NCBI GenBank assembly: GCA_963844715.1
Contig: CAWJPJ010000006.1
Span: forward strand, 960,001 to 1,024,000
Reading direction: 5' to 3'
Source: an uncultured Phycisphaerales bacterium
Lineage (GTDB): Bacteria > Planctomycetota > Phycisphaerae > Tepidisphaerales > Tepidisphaeraceae
DNA: 64,000 nucleotides
A model generated the notes under the pieces. That model was given only the letters and a program-made list of their open reading frames with translations. It searched no databases and was not told where the DNA came from. Shown piece after piece: positions 19,944 through 31,616 of the stretch. The translations under genes were made by a program, and so were the position numbers. Numbering within the stretch: the first letter of the stretch is position 1; the number at the start of each line of letters is the position of its first letter.

Positions 19944-22170
19944 ATGTATCGCACGACCAGGAAATACCGCAACGCCGTCGAAAGAACACGCCAGGCCGTT
20001 TTGGAGGGTCTGGAGATGCGGCAACTGCTCAGCGTCGTTTCAGTTTCAACCAACGCCCAGCTCGCCGCCGCCGTCGCCAGCGCAACCGCTGGAACCGAAA
20101 TCGACCTCGCCGCCGGCGATTACAACGGCTTTCAACTCTACCAACAAAACGGTACCGCCTCCGATCCAATCATCATCAAAGGCACGACCGGCACCGTCAT
20201 CAACGGCACGGCCGCCGATTACAACGGCGAAATTGACATCACCAGCTGTTCTTATATCACGCTCGAAGATCTCGACGTGGAAATGAACGACAACACCTCT
20301 GTCCGCGCCGGAATCTGGGGCGGCGGGTCGGCGGGAGACAATGTCAACGGAATCACCATCGAAGATTGCACCGTTGAGCACTCCGACATGTGGAATATCC
20401 TTCTTGGATTCACCAACAATTCCGTCATCAAGGACAACACACTCAACGGCACGCTGGGTCAGCACGACCTCTATATTGGAAACTCCAGCAACGACGACAC
20501 CATCGAAGGCAATTTGCTTGAAAACGCCAATGACTGCGGCCTGGAAATCAACGAGGACGGAACCCAGGGCGGTCCCGGCACCGGCGGCGGCATGATCGTC
20601 GATGGAAATACCATCGTCGGTTGCGGCAATTCCGCCGGCGCGTCGATCAACTTCGACGGCGTGCAGGATTCCATCATCGAAAACAACCTCATCTACGCCG
20701 GACAGCGCAACGGCATCGCCCTCTATCAGATCAACGGCAACGCCCCCTCCACCGGAAACACCATCGTGAACAACACGATCTATGTGAACTCCGCGGGTCC
20801 GGCGGGCTATGCCGCCATTTCGCTGATCGACGGTTCCGCCGATACAAAGATCTATAACAACGTCCTCAGCTCCGCGGAAAATTCGCTCAGCATCTCCGCG
20901 GATTCCCAAGTCGGCTTGCAAAGCGATTACAACATATTTAGCTCCGCTGCTATCGATCCAACCGGTAACGGCGACTACACCCTGACCTCCTTCGGCGGAA
21001 CCGCCATTACGCTCTCCGCCTGGCAGGGGATGGGATACGACAAGCACTCCATCGAGGTCGACAACATCGCGGGCCTGTTCGTCAACGCCGGCAGTGGAAA
21101 CTTCCAGCTCGCCAGCGGCAGCGCTGCAATCGGCGCCGCTCTGTCGACCATGGCGCCCGTAACTGACATGCTCGGTAACGCGCGTCCCACCAACGGGTCG
21201 TACGACATCGGCGCCTACCAGTATGATGGCACGCCGTCCAGCAGTTCAGGAACCGGCTCCAGCGGATCGGGATCCAGTTCAAGCGGTTCCGGGTCCAGCG
21301 GCTCCGGTTCAAGCTCCAGCGGCTCAGGCTCAAGTTCGAGCGGATCAGGCAGCAGTTCGAGCGGGTCCGGTTCCAGCTCTAGCGGCTCAGGATCGAGTTC
21401 AAGCGGCTCAGGATCGAGTTCGAGCGGTTCGGGCAGCAGTTCCAGCGGTTCCGGGTCCAGCTCAAGCGGGTCAGGTTCCAGTTCGAGCGGCTCGGGCAGT
21501 AGTACCAGTGGTTCCGGCTCCAGTTCCAGTGGTTCCGGTTCAAGCTCCAGCGGCTCGGGCAGCAGCTCCAGCGGTTCGGGATCCAGCTCGAGCGGCTCCG
21601 GTTCGAGTTCCAGCGGCTCAGGTTCGAAGAGTTCGTCTTCTCCGCCGGTCATGGGTCCGGCCGCGCCGACCGATCTCGAAGCCCTGGCCAAGTGGACCGG
21701 GACCGTCGAACTACAGTGGTCCGACACCGGCGCCAACGTCGATCATTACGATATCGAGTCGCAGCGCCGACGGCGTCACCTACAACGTGATCGGCACCAG
21801 CACCGGTTTGTTCTACTCCGACGACACCGCGGCTGCCGGCGTGCCTTACGCCTATGAAGTGGTCGCCGTCGATTCCGCCGGGAACCTCTCAGCGGCGTCG
21901 AACGCAGTCGGCGTCACGCCCGTCGCGGGCGGCGATCCCACCGATCAGGGCAAGTTTACCAGCCAGGACTGGGACAGTGCCCCGCCGTCCGATCTGGTCA
22001 GCGCCAGTGCCGGCCCCTCGGCGGTGGTCTCGGATTCGGCCAGAACGACCAGCAAAACGACGGCCGGCAGCACCCCGGTCGCCAGCGACTCCTCCAACAA
22101 CACCCAGCCGAAGGACAAGTGGAGCCGGTGGGGCAAACGCGGCGGCGGCTGGTATTGGAAATGGTCCTAA
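19944..22170 (+). CDS. Exported right-handed beta-helix protein with Ser/Gly linker and FN3-like domain (indel 21759)
   Basis: GGAGG RBS; LEGLEMRQLL export-type motif; PbH1-like IxxNxI repeats; DMLGNARP..YDIGAYQY segment; PAAPTDL..LQWS..Y.YEVVAVDSAGN FN3 signature. Confidence 0.8.
21237..21641 (+). repeat. Coding tandem repeat, ~19 units of SSSSGSG (21 nt)
   Basis: 135 codons almost entirely Ser/Gly with mixed synonymous codons. Confidence 0.95.
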
Positions 22171-22198
22171 GCCGATTCCAATCAGGTTTCTGAAATAG

Positions 22199-22234
22199 AA
22201 AAGACGACCCCCCGAAAAGGGGTCGTCTTTTTTT
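22199..22234. terminator. Bidirectional intrinsic terminator
   Basis: aaaagacgacccc-loop-ggggtcgtctttt with flanking A/T tracts, between convergent genes. Confidence 0.9.
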
Positions 22235-22265
22235 CTTTGAAATATCTGTCGCGTGCGGCTTTGAG

Positions 22266-24780
22266 CTACCCGTTGGCTTTTTCCAGCGTGGGCAATGCCG
22301 CCGGCGCGGCGGGAGTTATCTGCTGATATCGGACCGCGACGTTGGAAATCAATTCGTAATCGCGAGCCTGGTCCACCGGCCCCTTGTATCCGTCCTCCGC
22401 CGCGCGGGCGAGGTTATACATCTCTCGAGCGGTGACATAGTGAAAATAAAAATGGCTGTCGAACATCGCGCGCGCCGCAAGGGCCGTATGAAATTTGCAG
22501 ATCGCCTCGCCGAGCAGGATCTTTCGATTCGCCTCCGGAGCGCCATGCGTGTGCAGCTTCACAAAATACCAATCCGGCCGCGTCGGAACCTGCACGCTTG
22601 CCTTGATCCACAAGTTCAACCGATCCATCGATGGCGACTGATTCGCCTGAATGCACCCATTTTCAACGCGCGGGAAGATTCCCATCTTGCGCTGCCCCCA
22701 ATTCAGCATCAGCGGGCCCTGTATCATCATCAGCCCCCCCTCGGGCCGGGGCCCGGAGCCGACGTCAACCCCGCTTTCGTGCGAACGCGGGCACCCGTCC
22801 TCCACGGCGTAATAAATGCTATTGATCTTTCGAACCTGCGTCGAATTGGGCGCGGACGGAAGCGTGAAATCGGCGTAGCAGCCCGTCTGGCGAAGCACGT
22901 CGATCTCGTCATCAACCCCGCACCAGCGCCGATCCGGGCGTGAATTATCCAGCGCCCAGTTCCCGTGAACGAAGCCGTACATGATCCCGCCATCGCGGCG
23001 GTGCGTGCAAAGCAGGCCAAATCGATCCGCCAGCATGTGCGCATAGCGGAGAAGCTGGCGGCGCAGGTTCTCGGACGTATCTCGGTCGTGGTGGAGGTGC
23101 ACCTCAACCTCGCCGTACCCCGCCCGGCAAAGCTCCGAGAGCATCGACATCTCCGCCGCGTCAAACTGCTCCAGCGGATAGAAAAACGTATGACGAGGCG
23201 GCTTGCCGTCGCTGTCGCGGTACTTGGACAGCATCAACGGGTAATCCTCGTACCACCGCCGCACCCGCTCCATCGCGCGATCCGGCGAGACGTTGCCATT
23301 CTGCGGCTCATAGTGATCCGCGATACACAACAGCACGTGAATTTCCTTCGATTTTCTGCGCGCGGGCGAAACGAGGCTACCAGATACGGCCCGATCCAGC
23401 GATGAACGTTCCGGTTGTACGCCGCCCGCAAAACCGACGCGATCCCCACCAGCCCCAGCGCCGCCGCCGCGCTGGCCCAGATCTTCCCGCTCAAATCGCT
23501 GTGTGATAGCGAATGATTCCAGTTCGGCGCCACCAGCCCCCCGGCCGTATTGTCCCCCGTGCGCTGATACGCTCCGATGGCAGGATGCTTCGCATCGATC
23601 GGCGTCTTCCCCTCGATATCCTTCGCCGGCGCGTGATCGGGCGATCCCGCGTTCTGCTCCGGGCTCGCCTCCACAAGGTGGTAATCCCCCTTGTCCAGAT
23701 TCGCGAACATTCCCTCCGGCGTCGCCAGCATCGAATGCGAGTCCTGCCCGGTCGCCTGCTGCCAGTCCTGGAGCGTCAAAGTGGAATCCCCGCCGTCCGC
23801 GCTGAATCGATCCGTCACGGCGTTAAAATCGCTGGTGAATCCCACCTTGCTGTCCCCGTCCACGCTCAACCCGCCGTTACGCTTGCTGTACGTCAGGATG
23901 ATGTTGTTCCCCACGTAAATTCCCGACGCATCGTCTTTGATGCTGATCGCCCACCGCGCGTTTTCCGCCATGACGATGGTGTTGTTGACGACGGTGTCAT
24001 CCTTCGGCGGCGCCGCCCCGTCGTGGCGATAGAGGGCAATCCCGGCGGAGTGATTGTTGTAAATGAGATTATCCTCGATGGTCGATTGCTCAACGCCGTC
24101 GAAGTTAATCGCCGCCCCCCCGCCGACTCCGTTGTTGAAGATAATGTTCCCGGATACCAGCGCTCCCGTGATGATGCCCGTCCCGCCCTGGGTGGCATCG
24201 GAATTGATCTGAATGCCGCAGTCGCGATTGTCCGCGACCACGTTGTTCCGGATGATCGGATTGGTCGCGCTGTTGCCGACATAAATGCCGTGCTGCTGGA
24301 TTGAGCCGGTGACGGTGTTGCTTTCGATGTCCACATTGGTGCTGAAACCTGTGAGGATTCCCCACACACCCGAACCATCGATGTGATTATCGAAAATGCG
24401 AACGCCCTGATCCTGCACCGCGCGGATGCCGGCGCGGGGGATTCCGGCCACGGTAAATCCCTCAATCAGCGCAAAGCTCGCCCCTTCCAGATTAATTCCA
24501 TCCGGCGTGTGGGGATTGGCGCGTTGATGACGACCCCGCTGGCCGCGGCAAAAGAGATGGGCTGGTCCGCCGTCCCGCTGGTCGAAAGCTGAAATCCGGA
24601 ATATTGCCCGGGAAGAACGGTCACCGAGTCGCCCGGCGCGACCGAATCCGCGGCGTGTTGCAACGTCGCCCAGGGCAAATCGGGCGTACCCGGGTTGGTA
24701 TCGCTCCCGGTCGGCGAGACAACATAATTGGTGAACAACCGCCGCTTCTCCAACGCTTCCGCGCAAGGCACGCTCCTCAT
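22266..24780 (-). CDS. Fusion: beta-helix domain, TM helix, polysaccharide-deacetylase-like His-rich domain (indels ~24520, ~23357)
   Basis: EALEKRRLF motif, GSDTNPGT..PWATLQHA, beta-helix repeats, hydrophobic IWASAAAALGLVGIASVL, then DHYEP, HTFFYP, EVEVHLHH, HGNWALDN, KLHTHG, HYVTAREMYN. Confidence 0.65.
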
Positions 24781-25976
24781 GCCGCCTCCGCGTGGTGAGC
24801 GGATTCGGCGCGGCGATGGGTTCGCTTCCATGTTCCCCCGCGGCGACCGAATAACCATTGCACGTATCCCGCAAAAAGTGCCGCGTTCATCCCGACGAAC
24901 ATCGCCGCCAGGCGGAGCGGTTTAAAGATTCCGATCCGCGGCGGCAGAAGCGCCGACGCGACGCTGCATAAATAAAATCCGATTTGCAGGCCCAGCATCC
25001 AGCGAAACACCGGGCGGTTCAAGAGCAAAAGATTGGTCCCAATCAACAATAGCATCAGAAACGGACAGAGCCAACGCAGGATTTTGTGTGAAAAAAAGAC
25101 CAGCGCCACCCAGCCGCGAAATGGATTCAGTAACGGCCATAACACTGCCAGAGATTGTACCCCCCCGCCGCCGATTCTGCGCGACGTGAAAATTCTGCAC
25201 CCAGATCAGGGGGAGTCAGTTCGTAAGCCGTAGCGCGATCTTCATAAATAATTTCCCCTCCGTATTTCAGCCGCGCCACCAGCGGTATCACAAAATCGTC
25301 GATTCGCGTTTCCGGAGGTATGGGAACGAACTGCTCTCGCCGCATCGCATAAATCGCGCCGTTCGACCCGAGCAATGCTCCCAAGCGCCCTTCGCTGCGC
25401 TTGAGGAACGTTTCATATTTCCAGTACATGCTGTCGGCGTTTTTTCCCGTGACCGGATCGGTGAGCAGCAATCGCCCGCAAACCGTGATGATCCCGGGAT
25501 CACTCAGCCACCCAACAAGCTGTCGGATCGCGTCGCGGGTGTAATTCGTGTTGGCGTCCGAAAGGACCACCACCGACCCGCGAAGTTGCGGTATCGAGTT
25601 GTTCAGCGCCGTGGCTTTGCCGAGATTTTCGGGATATTCGATCAGCCGGACGCCGCGACCCTCATAAGTTCGCACGATCGCGCACGTTTCGTCGCTCGAT
25701 CCGTCCGAGGCCACCGCGATTTCCAATTTCTCGCGCGGGTAATCGCTGTCCAGCGCATTGTCGATCCGCCGGGCGATCACCTCCTGCTCGTTGTGGGCGC
25801 AAATCAGCAGCGAAACCTGCGGCAATTCCGACTCCGCCGGCGTCGGGCGCTTCCCGCTTGGGCGCAAATAGCCCCGACGCGATCCGAATCAGCACCGGGT
25901 AAGCGCCGTAGCAATAAAAGACGCCGCCCAGACAACTCCAAAAGGCGGCGGCGAGCATGGTTTGCAAGGTCGTCAT
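24777..25976 (-). CDS. Membrane GT2 (cellulose synthase/IcaA-like) (indels ~25850, ~25175)
   Basis: SLLICAHNE, SDGSSD, LSDAN, YWKYE, GSNGAIYA, IDDF, FFSHKILRW plus TM helices. Confidence 0.85.
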
Positions 25977-28046
25977 GGCGCGACCGTTTCCATCGTGACT
26001 TTCGGCGCCGGTTCCGTCGGCTCGTGCGGCTCGATAGGTGGGGCCGCCTCGCGCCCCAGAACATCCACCCGGCAATACCACTGCGGCAAAAGATTCGCGT
26101 GCACGCTGCGGAATCGCAAATGGCTCAAAGCGCTATGCAACCGGTACCGCGACAGCGGCGATTGCCGCCTCAGAATCCCCAGCAGCAACTCGGAAACCCC
26201 GCCGAGAGTGAACACCACCGAGCGCGCGACCCTTAGAACTTTCGCCTCCGGCGGAAGGAGGTGCCGCAGCACTTCATTTTGCGTCGGCTGGCGATCATTG
26301 ACGAGTTGGATGATCTCGCCCGATCGAATATCCGCGGAAGCCGATTGAACGATCGCCTCAACGACGTCGTCCACATGAATCAGCGGCAGCCGCAGAGTCC
26401 CGTCCCCAAGAACCACCCAACGTCCCCCCATTTTCCGCGCCACCGCCCCCGTCAGCAGCGGCATCTTCGGCCCAAAAATCTGCCCGGGACGCAAAATCAC
26501 CGCCGGCAAACCATGATCGCGCACCGCGCGGCTCACCGCCTGCTCGGCTTCCAATTTCGCTCGCGTATAACTTCCCCGCTTATCCGGGTGTGGCTCCAGC
26601 GGCGAATCTTCATCCACCGTCTTCTCGTTCTGCCCCGCCCAGTCGATGACCGACATCGAACTGATGTGAACCAGCTTCACCACGCGATGTTTCAAACACG
26701 CGTCGATAATATTCTGTGTGCCGATCACCGTGCCCCGTTCGTGCTCCATCCACGGCCCTTTCATCGCCGCCCCCGCATGAATGACCAGGCTCGCCCCCTT
26801 CACGGCACGATCCACCGCCGCGGCATCGCCCAGATCGCCCAAGGCGACCTCCACGTTTTCAGGAACCACCGCCGGCGGGCGACGCACCAGAATTCGCACC
26901 TGCTCCCCGGACTGGAGAAGTTTCTCGACAATCGCGCTGCCTAGACCCCCGGAAGCCCCCGTCACCAGCACCGGAACTTCGTCGCTCAACGTCAATGTCG
27001 AAATGCGCTCCGCATATTCGGCGTCCGCCGCCCGGGCGATTTTCTCCGTCCATTCCACCGGCGCAATCGCCTGCCGCGGTGTCACCGGCGCCGGCTCCCC
27101 CTTTTCGATCGCTTCATAAAACGCGGCCACCAAATCCTGAAGGCCGTGGTACGGCAACGCGCGCTTCGTGATAAACGACGCGACGCCGATCGGTACGTCG
27201 ATCATCGGCTTGAGCGATTCGGACATCGCATTGAGCACGCGCTCCGCCGCCTTCGGCACCGGCAAATTCGCCCGCTTCGTCTGGTACATCGCAAAGAGAT
27301 CAACCCGCAAAATCCCCTTCGTCCCCTGGATAATCATCTGGTTCTGTAGCGGTCGGACGTTCCACGAGAGATGCACCTGCCCCACGCCGCCCTTGCAGCG
27401 CACCTGCGCTCGCCAATCGTCGTAGGCAAGATTCGGATCGCCGCCAAGGCTGCGCCAATCCGCCGTGACGTTCTCGATCTCCCCGAGAAATGCTTCCAGC
27501 AGATACAGCGCATGAATTCCCAAATCGCGGAAGGGATACCCAGCGTTGCGATATTGCGGCGGCAATGGCCCGGGCCCAAATGGCGGGTACGTCGATGCCC
27601 GGAAGATATCCACCCCAACGATTTTCCCGAGCTTGCCGCTTTTGGCGGTATTGATCGCCTTGCGAATTTGCGGATCGAACAGAAGCGAATGATTGACGCA
27701 GACGAGCTTGCCGACGGTCTCCGACGCTTCCTGAATCCGCCGGCAATCCTCCACGTCCACCGCCAGCGGCTTTTCCACCAGCACGTGCCGTCCAAGTTCC
27801 AGCGCTCGCAGCGTAATCTTCGCATGCGAATCCGGAGGCGTCAGCACGTGAATGACATCCGCCCCCGCCTGCACGGCGTCCTCCAGCGAAGCGAGTATCG
27901 GAATATCGAACTTATGAGCGATCGCCTGGCGCGCGCGATTCGTTCAGATCGCTCACGCCGACGATCTCCACGCCGATGCGCCGAAGCGCCGCGACGTGGT
28001 ATTCGCAAATGTATCCCGCCCCAACCAGAGCGGCTTTGAAATTCAT
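25973..28046 (-). CDS. Gfo/Idh/MocA oxidoreductase fused to NAD-dependent epimerase (indel ~27930)
   Basis: LVGAGYI, HVLVEKPLA, DLGIH, then in frame VLVTGASGGLG, YTRAK, ILRPGQIFG. Confidence 0.85.
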
Positions 28047-29266
28047 GTCCGACATTTTTGACCGTTGATCTCCATCACTTTAGCCGCCGTGTGGGCAACC
28101 TTCGTCGCCCAATCCTCGCCGGCCATCAAATCGCTCCGCCGCCGGCGCCCTTCGGGGGTGTCCCCAGCGATCGCTGCAGCGGCGGCACGCTCAAAGTCCT
28201 CGTAATTCTCGGCAACCACAACATTGGGAGCATACTCCCTCGCCTCGGGCAATGCCGTGCATACCACGGGCAATCCGGCGGCGAGATACTCCCGCAGCTT
28301 CAGCGGGTTCATATGAATCGTCAATTCCGTAACCTTTTGTGGGATAATGCCCACCGTCATTCCCTTGCAGTACATCGGCAGGGAATCGTGCGGTCTGACC
28401 CCCAAAAAATGCACGTTCCCCAGCCGCGAAAGCCCGGAAATATCCGTCATGGTTTTACCAATGAGGGCGATCGACCATTCCGGATGCCGTTTGGCCAAAA
28501 ACGCGATCAATTCCAGGTCCACCCAGTTCTGAATCGTCCCGTAAAACCCGAGCACAGGCTGCTGCAAACGAGCCATCTCCTCCGGCACTTTTGTCGATTC
28601 CGATAGTGCGGTGCGGAAGAGTTCGACATCCACTCCGTGGCGGGCCAAAAACGTCCGCGGATTATATTTTTTCTTCGACTCAACCAGCGACGCCGACGTT
28701 GCGAACACCACGTCCACCTTCCGGCAAAGCCGTTCTTCCGCCGCCGCCAGACGCGCCCCGTCCACGTACGAAAACTTCGACCACTCATCCACGCAATAAT
28801 AGACCGAGACCGATTCCCCCATTCGCCCAATATAATCCCCCACCGTCGGCAGAAACGACCAGAGCTGAAAATCCTTCATCCCCAATTTAAGCCGCAGGAT
28901 TTTGAGCGTCGTCCGCAAAATCATCCGATTGATCGCCGCCGCAAAACGATTATGCGGCAGCGGAATCACAATCGGCGAATAAACCCACAAATTGGGCCGA
29001 ACTTCCTTCGCCCCCCGGAAAAATCCCGCCAGCTTCCGAAACACCTTCTTGATATCGCGCCCGCTGGCAAAGTTCGGCGCACGCGTCGCCACGGAATTAA
29101 GCCACAGAACCCTGTTCCGTTTCGAGAGCGCCGCCATCACATGATTGTTGCTCGTCGGCGTTTCAAACCAATCCCGCGCGAAACAGACCACGTTCTCCCC
29201 CGCCATCTCGTGAGCGGGGGAAAATTCGGTTGGCTCCGGCATGGTTTCGTGGCGTTTAAACATCAC
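28043..29266 (-). CDS. GT4-like (TuaH-type) glycosyltransferase
   Basis: VYYCVDEWS, HGVD, GFYGTI, PLKLREYLAAGLPVV. Confidence 0.85.
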   Translation of the reverse strand: MMFKRHETMPEPTEFSPAHEMAGENVVCFARDWFETPTSNNHVMAALSKRNRVLWLNSVATRAPNFASGRDIKKVFRKLAGFFRGAKEVRPNLWVYSPIVIPLPHNRFAAAINRMILRTTLKILRLKLGMKDFQLWSFLPTVGDYIGRMGESVSVYYCVDEWSKFSYVDGARLAAAEERLCRKVDVVFATSASLVESKKKYNPRTFLARHGVDVELFRTALSESTKVPEEMARLQQPVLGFYGTIQNWVDLELIAFLAKRHPEWSIALIGKTMTDISGLSRLGNVHFLGVRPHDSLPMYCKGMTVGIIPQKVTELTIHMNPLKLREYLAAGLPVVCTALPEAREYAPNVVVAENYEDFERAAAAAIAGDTPEGRRRRSDLMAGEDWATKVAHTAAKVMEINGQKCRT

Positions 29267-30432
29267 GCGGATTTGAGCGAAGCCCCAGAGTAACCCTCCC
29301 GCTCCACGGGAGTTTTACCGAAAGATAAAATTCGCGACAGCGCTTCGGCGGATTCATCCCAATCCGGCAAATGCGCGGATGCACTCGCAGGCTTTCCCAT
29401 GGCCGCTTGCATCGCCCCGGCCAGCGCTTCGGGATCTTTCGGCGGGACCAGAAGATCCCCATCGCCGGCAATCTCGCCAATTCCGCCCACGTCCGTCGAG
29501 ATAAACCGCGTCCCGCACGCCAACGACTCACGCAGCACGTTCGGCAGTCCCTCGCTATGGCTCGTCATCACGGTGCGATCGGCAGCGCGATAATACTCCG
29601 CGATCTCCCGAGCGTTTTTTCCCCCCGCGAAGGAGACGTTTTGCGTCAATCCCAGCCGCGCCGCGCTGCTTTCCAACGCGCCTCGCAATGGCCCATCGCC
29701 AACAATGATCATGCGAAATTTGCACCCGCGATCCGCCAGAATGCGGCACGCCGCCAAAAAGATGTCGATGCCTTTCACGGGCACAAGTCTGGCCACCATA
29801 AGGAAAAGCGGATCGGACGTTTCAACCCCCAGATTCTTTCGCGCCGCCTGCTTGTCTGCCGGATGGAATATCGCCGCGTCCACCCCTTGCGACCAAACAT
29901 GCACTTTCCCCGCTTGAATACCCAGCGCTTCCACAGCCGATTTGAGCTGCCGGCTGACCGTGACAACCGCATCCGCCGCCGCAAGCGCAGCCGTTACGGC
30001 GCTTTTCCGAGATGAATCCTGAGGCAGAAGCAGCACATCCGACCCCCCGACGATGATCGCCGATGGCGCCCCCAGTTTTTTCGCAATGACATTCCCCGCC
30101 GCGCCATCAGGGTGGGCCCAGTACGAGAGCACCGCGTCAGGCCGCCAATTCTCGCACGCAGCCGCCGCCGCGCCGCGAACGGACCAGTTCATCCAGCGGT
30201 GATAAGTCGAGCGGAAGAATTTCGGGGGATAGACGTAAGTCGGCCGCCAGACCGGAAAATCGGGCGTGTCAATCGACGTGGAAGAGGCTGTCCATCGCGT
30301 CGGCCAAGCAATCGGCGCAATCACGCGCAAATCGTGCCGCCGCGAAATCGCCGCCGCAAGCGCAAGGTTGAACGGCCCGCGCGTCGGCAGTTGGGGCGAA
30401 GGAAAATCGCTGGCCAGAAAGAGAATTCGCAT
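29263..30432 (-). CDS. GT4 (TuaC-like) glycosyltransferase
   Basis: YWAHPDG, GSDV, ARLVPVKG, SHSEGLPNVLRESLACG, TDVGGI. Confidence 0.88.
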   Translation of the reverse strand: MRILFLASDFPSPQLPTRGPFNLALAAAISRRHDLRVIAPIAWPTRWTASSTSIDTPDFPVWRPTYVYPPKFFRSTYHRWMNWSVRGAAAAACENWRPDAVLSYWAHPDGAAGNVIAKKLGAPSAIIVGGSDVLLLPQDSSRKSAVTAALAAADAVVTVSRQLKSAVEALGIQAGKVHVWSQGVDAAIFHPADKQAARKNLGVETSDPLFLMVARLVPVKGIDIFLAACRILADRGCKFRMIIVGDGPLRGALESSAARLGLTQNVSFAGGKNAREIAEYYRAADRTVMTSHSEGLPNVLRESLACGTRFISTDVGGIGEIAGDGDLLVPPKDPEALAGAMQAAMGKPASASAHLPDWDESAEALSRILSFGKTPVEREGYSGASLKSA

Positions 30433-30439
30433 CGGCTCA

Positions 30440-31616
30440 TCAGCACTTTTGCGCAGGGGGGCCGCACAGGGCCCGGTATTCGTCGTCGTATCGCTGCGCG
30501 GTTCGGGCAAGACTGTATTCCGTCTCCACCCGCCGCCGCCCCTCCGCCGCCAGATCCGACGCCAGTTTATGATTCGATATCACTTCCAGCATCGCCGCCG
30601 CCAGTTCCGTTTCGTGTCCCGCCGGAACCAGAATTCCGTTGCGCCGCTGCTCGATAATCTCCGGGAGCCCCCCCACCTGAAACGCCACCACCGGCTTCCG
30701 CGCCGCCCACGCCTCCAGAACCGACAGCGGCATCCCCTCCGACGCGCTGCTCAGCGCGAACAAATCCATCGCCGCCAAGTATTTCTGCGGCTTGTCCTGA
30801 TACCCCGCAAAATGCACCGCATCCGCCAGGCCCAGTTTCCACGCGAGCTTGACCAAATCCGTCCGCCGCGGCCCGTCGCCAACCAGAAGAAGATGAACAT
30901 CCGCATTTTGACGGCGCAAGCGAGCCAATCCCCGAATCAGCACATCCTGCCGCTTCACATCGCTCAGCCGCCCCACCGTTCCAATGACCGCCGCGCCCAG
31001 CGGAATCCCCATCTCCGTTCGAACCTCCGCGGCATGCCCCGGATCGATCGCTTCCATGTCGATCCCGTTGCGCACCACGCTCAATTTTGAAGTTCCCACG
31101 ATGCGCCATCCCGCGACTTCCGCCGCGATGTCGCTGCTGACGCAAAAGAATTTCTTCGCATATCGCCCCGCCCAGCGGCCCAGCCAGCGGGTGCGGAATC
31201 GGCGGGCATAATTCTTTCCGTGCTCGGTATGAACGACCTGCCCGATCCCGGTCCGCTTCGATGCCCGCCCCGCGTAAAACAGTGCGGTCACCTGATGCGT
31301 GTGAATGATGTCGGGGCGATGCTCCTTCAGTAAAGCCGCGATCGGCTTGACGATGCTCGGATGCAAACCGGGGGCTTTATTGACGCAATAAACCTTCGCC
31401 CCCAGCTTTTCGCATTCCTCCGCCAGATCGCCCCGCCGTTCGAGGCACAGCACCGACGGAATCTGCCCCAGGCTCGCGGACCGCGAGACAAGCGCCAGCA
31501 CCACGCGCCTCCAGTCCCCCCACGTCGAGCGAAAGCACCACGTGCATGACGCGCAGCAGCTTCCCGCCGCCGCCCGGCAGAGCCGATGAATCGGGGATGG
31601 TGGGAACTGCGCTCAT
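30440..31616 (-). CDS. GT4 glycosyltransferase (indel ~31509)
   Basis: SLDVGGLE, VHTEHG, NGID, VGRL..VK, SEGMPLSVLEAWAA. Confidence 0.88.

Noticed and set aside
21237..21641. CRISPR array
   Set aside because: The 21-nt periodicity is an in-frame Ser/Gly coding repeat with no unique spacers, and there are no cas genes.
21215..21736. Antisense ORF with EPEPLEL repeats
   Set aside because: Mirror of the Ser/Gly repeat; no independent evidence of expression.
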